A DNA stretch of 64,000 nt from Nitrospirales bacterium (GCA_965203295.1 CBDBCZ010000014.1:672001-736000), one strand, 5' to 3'. Positions 24,335-38,156 are shown, numbered from the stretch's first letter. Numbers and translations are program-made. The notes: generated from the letters alone by a model not told the origin.

Positions 24335-26462
24335 TTTTTTTTTTTGTCAATGCAATACAATACAAATGAGACAAACAGTTAGTGCGAAATAAAAGGATAG
24401 GTAACAGAAGATAAAGATAACAAAATAAAATAAACAATATTTCACATCTGTGTAAAGAAATTCGATAGAGAAATCGATAGTTTAGTAGGAGAGGTGCCTT
24501 TCCGCCACACCCAGCTCCAGGCTGGCATCGGGTACACGGTGGGAAGACGATCGGCTACCCCGTATACACATCACTGCGGACCTCAGGAGGGAGAAAGACA
24601 GTGAGCATCTCATCCACGCCATGGTAGTGCTGTAGGCTACATTGTTCTTATTAGCCAGCAGATCAGCAAGGCGCTTGTAAAAAGCAGTGGCCTCCCTGCC
24701 CATACCTCCAGTGGTGGCGAAAACTAGGGGTGTGAACGAGGCCATTTCGACCTCACGGATCCTGTCTCCGTATTCTCTCTTTTTGGCCTGCTCATGCTTA
24801 CGGTACATGGTTGGGATGCTGGTGTGACGGTAACTTGGCGCGTTAGGGTGAAAAACCCGTACGTCAAAAAATGCACCTTGCTGCCGTCCCCAGAAGCCCC
24901 TTGCTCTGATGTCTGCCCTGGCATCCTCCCGTCAGTTGGCTGATTGAGGTATGATGGTTTCTCCCGTCAGCGGTAGTAGTGGGGGCTCCCTCTCGACATC
25001 GTGGCATACTTCACTAAGCCAATTGGCCGTGATGTCACGGATGTCATTGTGTCTCAAAATAGGTAGGCCTCCATGCCGGCAAATCATCGCGTGGTCTGCC
25101 GAAAAGGGAGTACCGCAAATACAGTGTCGCGGTGTGTTCTGTAACTGCCACCCGTACCGCAGACTCAGTGCATCTCGAAACTCTTGTTTGTTTAGGTTAA
25201 AGCCCTGATCCTGCAGTGGGAGAGCGGTTAGCCATATAGACGAGCCTTTCTCGCTGGCCAGCTCCATTGCGCGTTGTAGGGAGCCTGGAAGTTGCTCTCT
25301 TATTTCCTGCGCTGCAGCGTCGAGGAGGTGTCGTTTTTGGCGGATCAGCGTTGACTTTATGGTGTTGAGTTGCGGTTTGGAGAAGGTGTCTGACTGATTG
25401 ATGATCATCTCCATCAGTGGTGCACTGATCTTTCTAGAAGCAGACAGTTCGCTCTCAGCAACGGCTACAGGGTTTGTGATGTTCAGACCGCCATAGCGAG
25501 CAGGAAGGGCAAACAGCCTTCTCTCTTCTGGGGAGCAAGGCTCTCGTCCAGTCAATGCTGGGATGAACTGCTGGTGTATCACCGTTTCGAGGGGCTGAAA
25601 AAGTGCACTTGAGTCACTGATAGTCCGCATCACGTACTTCCACTTGGCAGTAACCCCATGCACAAAGGCTGCATAGGCTGCATGTGGTTGACTGAGTGCT
25701 AGGGTTGAGAGGGCAGAGATTTCGGCTGACCACTTGTCCACTTTGAGGGAGACATATTCTTCTGCGAATGAGGGTGTGCCGATGGCGGCACCCAAGTGTC
25801 GTTGGCCTTGCGGAGTTACTTGCACTTTCGTATTTGCAAACATTCTCTCTGCCTCATTCATAAGATCTGGCTTCACTACCAGATGGGTCTTGCTGGCATT
25901 TGGGTAGTACCCAAAAGCAGGCCCAATCTCGGTGAGGTGTTGCCACCACTGTAGTAGAGCCCTCAGTTTACCTGCCGCTGTCGCATCATCCGCGAACCAG
26001 ACCTGCTTCACATCTGATGCCAATTCTCTGAGCTTGCGAATCAGTGGAGTTACGGCTAGGGCATACATCGCCATCGCCAAAGGGTCCCCCTGTGTGGTTC
26101 CCTCAGTTGATTCGATCTCCCCTTCACCCATGATGAAAAGTCTCACGGGAGCACGATATGTGTTACTGAGGACCGTGGACATGGCTGGACAGAGCACTCG
26201 AATGTTGTGAAGAGCGGCCTGGCGGTTAATCACATTGAAGGCATTAGTTGCATCCACTAGCAGAACTGCGTCTGAGTCATCGTCAGAGTAAATCTCTTTC
26301 ATAGCGTGCACAGCAGCCTCACATCCAGCTTCATGACCGGCGCATGTCTGCAAAGGACCTGCAGCTGATTGGATGTCATCACCAACAGTCCTCAGGATCA
26401 CTTTAGCCACAATCCTTCTTGGAACCTCGCCGATTCCAATGGGTCTGACACCTGGATTTTTG
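24335..26462 (-). mobile_element. 5'-truncated CRE-like non-LTR retrotransposon (RT plus restriction-like endonuclease)
   Basis: KNPGVRPIGIGE, DATNAFN, GTTQGDP, WFADD, CCHC knuckle (CICG..HAMIC), RHN and ADIRARGFW..FFDVRV. One in-frame TGA at 24932-24934. Poly(A) tail read as the T run at 24335-24346. Confidence 0.88.
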
Positions 26463-26621
26463 TTTACCATTCAGTAGTATTCATTTATTACGTAAACAAA
26501 AAACACGTCAACGAACATGAAAACACGCATGGAAAACATGAAAACAAAATAGTAGTATAAACACCTTTATACTCCTCTCTGTAGCCAATGAATTTCTCCA
26601 AAAGTGATGTAATGTGATATA

Positions 26622-27176
26622 CCATAAACTCTGGAGTACAAGTACAGGTACTTCTATTTGAAGATTGCGCATTTTCGTGGTACAGATTATGTGGGGTACT
26701 TATAATCATGGGGTACTTTTCAACGAGGTTAAATATATGGTAGTGCAACAGTATGCACATTACACCTTGTAGTTTTGGTTTTAACAGTCACTTTTGTGTT
26801 TTCTTGACTTCACTGTACCTCTGTGATTGTCATACCAATGGTCTTACATGTGAGCGGTCTTTCTTTGCACTGAAGTGTATACTTGCGAGGCAGTTCTATG
26901 ACCCCCCCCCCCCCCCCCCCCACCAACAGCCCATATGCCTTCTGATGCAGACCTAGGTGGACCCAATACCGTCCTCACTATTCATGCTTAACTAGTTACA
27001 CATGCACGGTTTATGCATCCCAGTTTACTTAGTAGTCTGATGGGTACTTACATTCATTGGGTACTTTTATTTGCATGGGTACTACTATTCAAGAAGTGGA
27101 TAGCAACTGGGTTCATGGGTACTTATATTCATAGGGTACTTGTATTTGATGGGTACTTATACTCCAGAGTTTATGG
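26622..27176. mobile_element. Tc1/pogo-type MITE
   Basis: TIR CCATAAACTCTGGAGTA(C/T)AAGTAC, TA TSD, internal ATGGGTACT repeats. Confidence 0.8.
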
Positions 27177-27214
27177 TAACTGCGTTTACACTCCTCGTAG
27201 ACGTGGTATATCCT

Positions 27215-28199
27215 ATACTTATAAGGCTAAACAAACTTTCATCACAGCCTCTAGCTACCAGGGGGAATAGAGAGGAACCAAATTCCCAATTTTATTTCCA
27301 CCTCTAATTAATTGTACACATTACTTTTCTTGTCTTTGCCTTTAGTGATTGCTGTGGAGCAGCCACAGCCCACTTTGAGATAGCACTTCAATAGTCGTGA
27401 CAAATGGTTTTATTCCAAATTTAATGTGTCGGTTTTAATACATCATGTTGGCCATAGGTTTTGTAACCTGGTAACACAAAGACAAGTTAGGTATTCCTAG
27501 CTAATTGAAAATCTGTCTCTTTACTGCAAAAATACCGACAGCACAGCCTCTAACTACCGGAGAGAATGGAGAGGAATCAGCTTCCAATTTAATATCCCAC
27601 TCTAATTAATGGCACACATTACTTTTTTGTGTTTGCACAATGTAACTGTAGAGATTGCACTCATGTTAACACAATGATTCTTTAGGGAAAGTAGACTGGA
27701 CAAAATATAAGAACAAGCAAGTTATACAGTAAACAATCGCAGTAAGCTGTTTCAGAAGGAACCGCATAAGGTACAATACCCTGACAGCCCGCTTTGAAAT
27801 CACACAAAGTCAGGCAAGGTATTCCTAGCTAATTGGGAATCTGTTTCTTTATTGCAAAGATACCAACAGCACAGCTTCTAGCTACCAGAGAGAATGGAGA
27901 GGAACCAGCTTCCCAATTTCATCCCCCACTCTAATAAATTGTACACTTGTGATTGCAAAATGTTACTTCAGGAATTGCAGGTACGAAACATAGGAAAAAT
28001 TAGTCACACAGAACACAACTTCAATATAAAACCGTGGAATGAACCATCTAAAAAGCACTGTAGTAACCGTGCCTTATATTGACAAGAAAAATTATAGACG
28101 ACTGTCAACATTAACGAGAAGCATCTTGAGGAGGAGTAGATCGTTATAAGGCTAAACGAACTTTCATTACAGCCTCTAGCTACCTAGGAGAATGGAGAG
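27215..28199. repeat. Modular repeat array, inverted relative to 185-3300
   Basis: For example, 28020-28199 is a reverse-complement match to ~400-600 and 27490-27900 matches pieces of ~1690-2290. Confidence 0.75.
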
Positions 28200-31100
28200 G
28201 AACCAAATTCCCAATTTCATTTCCAACTCTAATTAATTGTACACATTACCTTTCTTGTGTTTGCCATTAGTGATTGCTAAAATGCAACATAGGTGGGAGA
28301 TAATTAGTCACACAGAACACAACTTCAATAAGCAAAGTGGAATGAGCCATTAATAATCAACAGTTGAAGAAACGTCTAATAAGGAACCGTGTCTTGTACT
28401 GATAGCCAACTTTGAGATCAGTGTATTCCTAGCAGAGAGCATTGGAGCAGTTAGTGCTTCCCAAATAATTGCCTACTCTGGTAAGTGCATACTTTACTCT
28501 CCACATGTGAACACAATGATTCTTTAGGGAAAGAAGACAGGATAAATGTGAAAACAAACCAAATTATATGCAGTACAAAATCGAAATACGCTGCTCTAGA
28601 TGGAACCGTGTAAGGAACCAAGTCAGGAACACTACCCCTGACAGCCCACTTTGAGATAGCACTTCAATACCTGAAGAAGGGTGGACACCAAAAGCCACAA
28701 CCTCTCTCTACCAGAGAGAATTGGAGCAGCTACTGCTTCCTAATTTCATCCCCGCCCTACATCTATTACTTTTCATATGTTCTCACAATGATCTGCTAGA
28801 GATATTCAGTACAAACAATAGGTGGTAAACAACTAGTAAATTAATACAGTATACAACATCAGCAAGCAACTCTAGAAAGAACCGTGTAAGGATTCGTACC
28901 ACTAAGAGCCCACTCCGTGAAATATTGTATTTGAAGAATTGAAGTGAGGATATTCCTTTGCACAACTAATAGGAAATCAGTCCTTGCATTTTGAAGATGC
29001 TAAGAGCCACACTCTCTAGCTACCAGGGAGAAAAAATAATTGACTGCTTCCCAAACACATCCCAGCTCTAATTTAACGTTCATAGTTCTCCTTTAAAAGA
29101 CAGCAGACAGAACAAAATGTGAAAATAGACAAACTATGCAGTACCTAATCGCGGCAAGCAGCTCTAGAAGGAATCATGTAAGCAACCATGTACAGTAAAA
29201 AAATGCAGAAAAAAGTGGAATTTCCTGAAACGTGTTACAAGGAAATTTGACAGAAAATCTGGTATTTCAGGTACAATTTAAGGTAGTATAGGATAGGGCA
29301 GAATTTCATGATTTTAAAGGAAATTCTACCCTATCCTATACTGTCCTGTACCTAAACTGCCAGATTTCCTGTCAAATTTCCCTGTAACGCATTCCACTTT
29401 ATTTCTGCATGCGCGCGGCACCCCTGACAGCCCACGTTGAGATCACACAAAGTCAGGAAAGGTACGCATTCCTAGCTAATTGGGAATCTGTCTCTGTATT
29501 CCAGAGATACCAAAAGCCACAGCCTCTAGCTACCAGAGAGAGAGGAAAAGTAACAGCTTCCCCACTCTAAGTAAGCATATACGTACACACTCCTTATCTC
29601 ATGCAGTTAATTCAGAGAGTGAGAAACAATTATGGTCTATGTAGTTATATCTCTAGAGATTACAACTTTAGTAAGCAACGCATGGTTAAACTCAAATCTT
29701 GTAAGAAAATGTCCTACATACTGACAGCCCCCTTTCACATCGCACTAGAAGAATAATTAAACTAAAGATGGGAATCCGTCTCAGTACTATATAAATACCA
29801 AGAGCCACATTTCTGGGATTATAGTTTACACCAGGATAAACAGTCTGAAAATAACCTTGGCTTAGAGGTTGAGTGCTTCTGTATATATGTCTGTTGAACA
29901 GGCAACCTTGGTACAATGTCACTGCTTCATAGAAATCCCTCTTAGGTTATAATAGCTACCCTCATTATTGGCCAGGAATATGTATAAGAGCAACCGAAAA
30001 GTGATTACTAAGAAATAGCGACATTGCACCTCAGGGTGCCTGCTTGCCGGACATACATCACCCTCTAAGCCTACAGTACAACATTGCTTACTAATGAAAG
30101 TCTATAACTATTGTAGCTCACCTATATTTTGTACCTGCATACAATCTCTGAATTAAGTTAAACATTATGCGAGTAAGAAAAGTATGCTATACTAGAGTGT
30201 GGAATGAAATTGGGAAGCTGTTACCTCTCCATTTTCTCTGGTAGCTAGAGGCTGTGGCTCTTCACTCTTAGAAATAAAGTGGTCAAAACACACTTATTTA
30301 GGTTGGTGGTAGGGTGTCACACAGCACACCAGGTCACCTGTTTTTAGGTTGTGTGTGAGTCTCAGAGTGGGTGAACATTCAATAACTCCTGTTCTGTAAA
30401 ATTTCATAACATCAATTGTGTTCTGTGTGACTAATATCCCCCCACCTATGTTTTGTGTCTGCAATCTCTGAAGTAACAATGTGCAAACACAAGAAAAGTA
30501 ATGTTTAATTCAAGTACGATATCTCCGGGTGGGCTGTCAGAAGTATGGTTTCTTACACGGTTCCTTCTACAATTGCTAACTGAAGTGATATGTTTTGCAT
30601 ACTGTCTGTACATGATGGTTGTGTTTACACAAGAAAAGTTATGTGTGTGCTTATCAATTAGAGTGGGGAATTATTTTGGAAGTAGTAACTGCTTCAAGTA
30701 TCTCTTGTAGTTAGCGGTTGCGGCATTATTTGTTGATTCTCACATTTTGTTATGTCATTCTGCTGTCTGTAAGGAACTATTGCATGAACAAAAGTGAAGT
30801 AATGTGTTCTGTGTGCACATTATCAGCGTGAAGATTTAAATAGGAAGCTGTTACTATTCTTCAGGTACGATTAATTTAGAGGCTTCACAGTAATCACTTT
30901 TCAAAGTTGTGTGTTTTATAAGACTGGCAAATAGGAACCCTTGGGATGTATAGAAATTTCTATACCCTCAAGAACCATACTCTTTCATACCCTTGGAAAA
31001 TTATGCTATTATGTTTTAAACCAGTCCTAATAGTCAGGAAACAGCTTTGATTTAGAGGTTGAGTACTTTTTAAGTACGGCGAACAGGCTTCCATACTTAT

Positions 31101-34100
31101 GTGAAACAGAATGTACAATTACAGCAAATCCAGTGAACAGGATCCTTGACTGTTTCACAGTACTAAGGGAGCCAGTTCGTTGTATTTACAAAAGTACTCA
31201 ACATCTAAGCCTGACTATTAGGATTTACGGTATTCCATTGTATAACTAATTGGGAATTGGTACTGAACACTTTACATTTTTGAGAGTAGCTACTTGAGAA
31301 TAATTACTGTCATTTGTGTCACTTGTTGTTGTTAATTCACAGTAAAAGTACACGCATGTCACATATCACTGCTAGGAAGCAAGCGCTCACTCAGGCTCGC
31401 CCTAAGATGCCCTGCATCTCCCTAGTACTGCGTCCAATTGCAGTAAGCAACGTCTGAAGAAACCATGTACAGAACCCTACCCCTGACAGCCCACTTTGAG
31501 ATCACACAAAGACAGGGAAGGTATAGTCCTGGCTAATTGGAAATCTGTCTCTGTGCTTCAAAAATACCAAAAGCTTCAACTTCTAAAACAAGTGACAATT
31601 AGATAAGTGATTGCTACTGCGTTAATATTTAACAAACAATGCAGTGTATGACAGTGGTAAGCAACCCTAGAAGGAACTGTGTAAGGAACCAAGACAAATC
31701 ATGAAAGCAAGATGAGATTTTGGGCATTTCTTAGTCTTGAGAGGGGTATATTGATTACAGAGACAGTGAAAAACAGAATTCTATATGAAGCACTGCTAAA
31801 TGGTTGGTAGCTCGGCAGAGATTTAGAAATGAAGTGCAGGAGAGTAAAGCAGGAAAGGAACAGAGCAAGCAGCTCAGATCGATCTAGAGTCAGTAGTGGT
31901 GCTGAGCATAGTTTGGAAGCTCCAGAAGAAAGAGGAGGCAAGATGATTGACGAGGAAGAAATGAGCAAAGAATGTTTCATACTCACCCTCCATGCTTAGA
32001 AGTAGCTAAATCTTGTGTAACCATGCCAGATAGCGCTGAGCATGGCAGTGTGCATTGACCTGCTACCGAAAGGTTGATTGGCTTTATATATAAAGTCGTA
32101 GGCATTGAGTGCCAGGGTGCACTCCTCCCCGAGTGAGTCAGGCACATGTCCAATCATTTTGTAATGATCCTCAGCCTCTGTATTTTACTAACACTAGTGT
32201 CTTTGGCTGTCCCTCACACTTGGCGCTTGGTATATATGCCATTGTGGAGTAATTCATTGAGTCATACTAGTTTCAGTTGGAGAATCAGTAATGGTTTATG
32301 GTGCTGATGATGTTGCTGCTAATAATTTACCTTACGGTCACCTTAAATGAAGCTACTGTATTCTCTGCTAAGCTTTACACTCACCAACATGCACTCACTC
32401 AGAAAGCCACACTTCTTGAGGATCTTCGCAGTTGCTCTGCAGCGACGCAAGACCGTACACTAGCAAGACCGTACACTAGCGTGAGACTATATTAAAGCTT
32501 ACTACAGTACTAACGATTAGCATGCACGTGAGAAGTCAGCTCCTCCCTCCCGTTACTGCTAGAACCGCAGCCCGCAGTCTGTACACAAATATTAATATGT
32601 ATAACGCATCAACTTTATAGACATAAGATGATTACAAGTGGCATTGATATGCACCACTGGCTTCAAGGCAGTTCATGGATTTCAATTTCTTGAGTGTTTC
32701 CTGCAAAGGAAAAAACAGACACTTGTGGTAGAACCGAGGTGGGATAGGACTACGACCTCCGAGGATCACTCCCATAGACTCTATAGTCGCAACTGCAGTC
32801 ATCTCGATCCGTACCTGTTAATGTATCTACTTAGAAGTTAGAATTGTCCACAGTAGCAAAACATCATACTGTTTCCCATGGTTCTAAACAACAGTGGGCC
32901 AAGGAGTGAAAAAATGCTATATACCTTAAATTAATTACCAGGTCCACACCATTGGACATTAACAGGAAAGTCTTTATCTTCATGTACCCAAATAAGCAGA
33001 GGGCTTGGAATAAGCTTACAAAAGTGCCAGTTGACAATCAATAGCACAACAGGAGAGGCCTTGTGCAAATGGACAAATCAGTGCAATCACTAGCTGGTCA
33101 AGATCATGACTGCAATGGTAACTATATACACACTTACAGAGACTATGGGAGTGGCCCTCATTCAGTCCATTAAATACCCACACATTAAACCTACAAGGCC
33201 TCTGCCCAACTTTTGCTGCGAGAGAGCCTGGGGACAAAGCTACATAAACCAATGGCAGTAGAAACTACATCTACATACCAGTGTGAACAGGCGAAGTGTA
33301 TTAGCAGCAGCACCAAGCCTGCAATTATCGACGGAGTTGCTGTCACAATGTACGCAATGCCCAAGAACAGGTTCCGTCCACCTAGCCAGGAGATCTCAGC
33401 AAGGAATGTCTTATATTGCTTATTTTCTGTTAATGGGTGGGGCTCAAATGCACAGTGTACATGGAACAACTACTGATGCAACGACACATAACATTTGAGC
33501 CCGACACATAACATTAATTTTGAGCCCTACCCATAACAGTCACCGTGTTCTGCACTAATGTAGTGACATGATCAAAATATGCAACTGAATACGTTCACTT
33601 TCCAACTAGGACCACAGTCATACACGCTAGCCTCCTCCCCATGCCTCAACCCAGTTTTAGTCACTTGCAGTATGAAATGTGGGGAGCTTAGGAACGAGGC
33701 CACGTACAATGTATACGACTATTGCATTAATATGAAGGATACTGTAAGTGAGAAAGATGGAGTCGTTTCCTGCAGGGAGATTAATATCACTGGAACCACT
33801 CTCTTGCAGTCGGCCATACAGTTTGCGGAATTTTGGAAATGCTGACACACGAAACCAAACAATAAAGCTCTCGCTCTCCAGTCCCCCAGGAATTTCTGAA
33901 AGATCATACGGCCAGTTGGGGGGCATGGTGGTGTCAACAAGATCCTCAGGGCTGACCTCAGGGGCGCCGTTTGGGTTTTGGAAGCGAACACTACGGTCAG
34001 TATCCCAGGCAAAGTTGGTTCTATTACAGCAGGTCATGTTCTCACCCGTATCACGATTCATGAACATATCAAATGAGTCTAGAAGGAGAGACAAACACAA

Positions 34101-34337
34101 TAATAATTTACACAGCCCACATACTTAAACTCAGACGTCTACATGAACAAGGACAAACTACACACAGGTGTGTTCAGGAATTTTACTATGCACGCACGAT
34201 CCACTCTAATCACTACATTGGAGTGCACAAAACATTGTGACTGTTTGCATTTTGCCAGATCTAGAAAAGCATTGTATTAACATTTTAAAAGTGAGATGGG
34301 CCATCACTGAAGATGCAGTATGGTGAAGCAAAAGTCA

Positions 34338-35201
34338 TCTATTATTACGCCTGGTTGTGTCCGTTCGTGTGTGTGTTCGTGTGTGTGTACGTGTGAAAAA
34401 CGGAAACGGAAGCCGCATGCACACGCTCCCGGATGAACTTTCACCTGTGACCAGAGAAGTTCACGGTCACAGGTCAAAGTACCACGTGTCTGTATTTAAG
34501 TGCGAAATGATGCTAGCTCTTTCCAGCGACTACAAGAGATTGTCTCGGGATGTTAGGCACTTTAACACAAAGGTTAGTTTTGGTATAGTCCTGTAAGTGA
34601 TAGCCAAGCAGAGATATAACTGCTATACTAGGCTAACCGCATAGATGTGCATCAAATGGAGTCGGTGCCGTCCGTCTGCATGTAGCTAGCCTGTGGTATA
34701 GCTAGGCTAGTGCTAGCTTGCCTGTGTGATCTAGCAGCTGTTTGTAGTCTCTCTCTGAGTCACTGCCTCCGGTTAGAATGTGGTGTGCACATTTACTGAC
34801 ACTGAACCTTTCTTACTAGTAGTAGCATGGATAATATGTTTACGTGTCTATATTATCCATGGTAGTAGTAACAATGATTATGTATGAACATGCAAGTAAT
34901 CTTGCTGAAAATAGAATCAGTGCCATTCACTTACGTGATATGTACGCTAGGCTTTGGCTGTGAAGAGCTAGGCTGTAGTCCTAGCATGCCTATACTGTTT
35001 TACAGTTGATTGTAGTCTTCTCTGTAGCACTGTCTCCACGTTTCAGTCTGCCAGCAACACTGCTAGCTATTAAAATGTACTCTATAAACCAACAAATCAC
35101 ATACAGATTACATCTTTAATCTCTATCCGTACAGAGCGAGCGCAGCGAGCGAGTTCAACAAACACAAGTAGTTGTGCGAGCGAAGCGAGCACAACTACTT
35201 G
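34338..35201 (+). mobile_element. Non-autonomous canonical-type Helitron
   Basis: Only in the right arm, inserted at A^T without TSD. 5' TC, 3' CTTG, terminal hairpin CAAGTAGTTGTG..GCGAAGC..CACAACTACTTG. Confidence 0.85.
34826..34861. mobile_element. P-element-like footprint (36 bp) nested in the Helitron
   Basis: CATGGATAATAT...ATATTATCCATG with 7-bp direct repeat GTAGTAG. Confidence 0.7.
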
Positions 35202-36349
35202 TATATGTACATGTAGATATCTAGTAATCCATCAAAACCAAAATCTGCATTTGGCGTTAGAAATTTCTTTGGAAGGTTCGCTCCCACAATATTTGCTAGT
35301 AGACTCAGAGAGTCCATGCATTGTTTCTAGTGGAAATTCCACTCCACTCACAACAAACAATCTACTAATCAATCCTGACCCTAAGTAAGCAAACTTGTTA
35401 AAGTATGCTCACCATTGAACAAGCTGTTTGCAATGAGTCCACAAGGTACAACAGGCATACGTGTGCCATTAGTGTTCTCAACATTCCGTATGGGGTTACA
35501 GTCACCGGAGGGGTTCAAGAAGCTCCCTCGATTTCCTCGCAGCTGTTTCACATCCCAGGAGTTGACGTAGCGATGGTGGTTCTGGAAGTAGTTGCCAAGA
35601 CCATAGTACATGTACCATGGAGAGCGCAGCTCCTCCGGGACAGTGAAATTCACCCGGCAGTGGCAGTCTTCAAAATCACGCCTCTCAATGTTACTTAGAG
35701 CACTTACGTATATTGGCCAGGTACTCGGAACACGTCTGGAAGTTACGTATGAAAGGGACATCACTGGGAACTGGTTCACAATTTAGTATAGGGAATTTCC
35801 ACCTCACATATCTGAGTATAGATGGGATAAAAAAAAAACAGTATACAAAAACAATATGCAACAACAGTAGTGGAATACTAATACTGTCAGTAGATATTGG
35901 CTGATTCTTACTATAAAGTAACGCCACATATACATGCCAACAGGGTGATATGTGTATAGCCAAGTGTACCATTAGCTTATACAGTGCTCAACGGGTATTC
36001 CCTATAGAGGACACCTTGTTTGCATGTGTGATCTTAATTCAATCTCCATTATATGAAATTTTTATAGCTCTCTAAAATATGGACACATCGCCACTCCACA
36101 TTTTCTGGTCTCAACAGTACCTACTATAGACTGTACAAACTTCACCCGATAGTGCAGACAGCCGACTGTAAATCACCTACCACCGCTACTATAGAGTAGG
36201 CGATTTGACGTTTCATCAACACTAATATTGATAGCGCTAATTTCATTGATGGTACAGGGAACGATGCTAACAACCACCAGAGTTGGTTAGACTAATGCAC
36301 AAGATACAAGCCGGTTAGACCATGCCTACTGGCGGGCTGTAACGTAATA

Positions 36350-36984
36350 CCGTAGTGACCGGTTAATAAGCGCACACAGCTATTAGGCGCATGTTTTATA
36401 ATAAGCGCACACTTCCTTCCGGTCATTACGTATTAGTTAATTGGCGCATGCGCTTGTTACGCGTGTTAAAATCGCCGACGTGTTGGTTAGTACTGTTTTT
36501 TTGTGAGTGAGCTTGAGATTGAGATTGAGAGGGCACGCACAGAAGCACCTGCAACCCAACCATGCCATAAAAAGTGCCAAATCTTACACGACAGTTCTCG
36601 AGGGACGTGGCCTACTGTCACCGCTCCAGGCTTCAAAAGGCACACAGCCACACAGCAAACCGGTCATGTTCACTCTCCTCCTCGCGTAAAAGTTCCAAGT
36701 ACCTCGCCAATAATAGGGGACCACACTCTTGTATAGATATGGTGGCCGCGCACAACACTCTCGTGCAGGTACACACCGTCTTCATGTCAGACTCGCGCTC
36801 GCCATTGCCAATATCCACACGTACGTCAGTCGATACTAATACCGATAACTCATACCAGGTACCGCGATTACCGCTAGCAAGCGCTTACGTAATTGCCGCT
36901 AACAAGCGCATACCGGCTAATAAGCGCATAGTTTCTTATTGCTGACTAGGATAGGCGCATGCGCTTATTAACCAGTCACTACGG
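36350..36984. mobile_element. Tc1/pogo-type MITE
   Basis: TIR CCGTAGTGAC(C/T)GGTTAATAAGCGCA and TA TSD; absent at the left-arm site near 9444. Confidence 0.9.
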
Positions 36985-37849
36985 TACACACACAATCCCT
37001 CGGGTTTCACCCTTGGAATTACGTGATAATGCTTAGGATAAACCACGGTCTAATTAACATGTAGCTCATGGTTAATGGTTAAGACTTGACTGGTATAATT
37101 CAGAAGGCTCTTACTTGAATCTACATGTACATGCAAATAAACATCACAGCTATGTTAGGTCACTTACCCTCATTGCAACAACGAGAAAGGTAACTCCGAG
37201 AGCAAGGAAGATCACCCCAACAATGAAGAAGACAAAAGACACATGACGGGCTGTGAAGACAGGACGGCACGCTGGAATCTGCCGCTGCACCCACTTGTTC
37301 TCTGAAGGAAAGAAAGATATGACAGAACGGGTCAAGAACTAAAAAGAACTTCTGTCATTTAGCAGACTAAAGTAACAACTTGAGACATTAACTACAGTTG
37401 GGGCCTACTAGTAAGTGCTACCACAACATGGGCCTGAGAGCTAGACATGCACAAGTGGAAAATGCTTTGCTGAGCACAGATACAGGTGTACAGCTCAACA
37501 AGTTGCAAGGACATGCTACTTAGTGTGCAGGGTTTCATACAGGATTCTTTGCTGGAGGGGGGAGACAAATAGTGAACAGACACACGCGAAATACGCAGCA
37601 TGGGGGGGGGGGGGTCTGAAAATATAGATGCCTAGAAGGGTACTGGACTTTGGCTGCTGTTTTCCCAGCTGTGAGTACAACAGCAAATAATATTGTGGTG
37701 CCTGAGAACACTTGTGTTCAAATCAATGGAATTATAACGTTAAGAAGAAAGAGCTATATTGGTGCAGAAAGTTGAAGTATTGAAATCCACCAATGGTTAG
37801 GATAGTTTGAGGTGTGCTCAGAGAGCAGAAATTAGGCAGAAAAGACTAA

Positions 37850-38035
37850 GGAAACTGAAGAACATCTGAGGCTCTTAGTAATTGATGAAAATTCCTTCAA
37901 AGAATGATGAGAAGGTTTGAAATAATCACAGTGGATTCACTCTTTTCACCTTCTTTCAACTCTATTTAAACTAGGGTAGTCACACTTTGCTTTCTCCACT
38001 CCAGCAGTTTATGCTGACATTAATGTGGCTTTGCA
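37850..38035 (+). mobile_element. Remnant of a Harbinger/ISL2EU-type transposase
   Basis: Frameshifted DENSFK.NDEKV...SGF and LSPLQQFMLTLMWL resemble the N-terminal/HTH region of DDE_Tnp_4 transposases. Confidence 0.45.
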
Positions 38036-38156
38036 TGGCTATCATTGTCTGGACAGGACAAGGGCTATGTACGTATCAATATATAGTATAGGCTCTTAGT
38101 AGTAGGCCAAGTGTTGTATTACAACAGTGCAGATTGCCTGAGTTTATAAGCCTATA

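Larger units (their letters stand above)
33279..37301 (-). pseudogene. TMEM30A: CDC50/TMEM30 pseudogene, right copy
   Basis: Exons 37301-37168, 35811-35413, 34078-33743 and a remnant at 33404-33279. Shares the +1 frameshift, and adds a 4-bp CGTA insertion (~35705-35710) and a 382-bp deletion removing the U12 branch site and acceptor. Confidence 0.9.
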
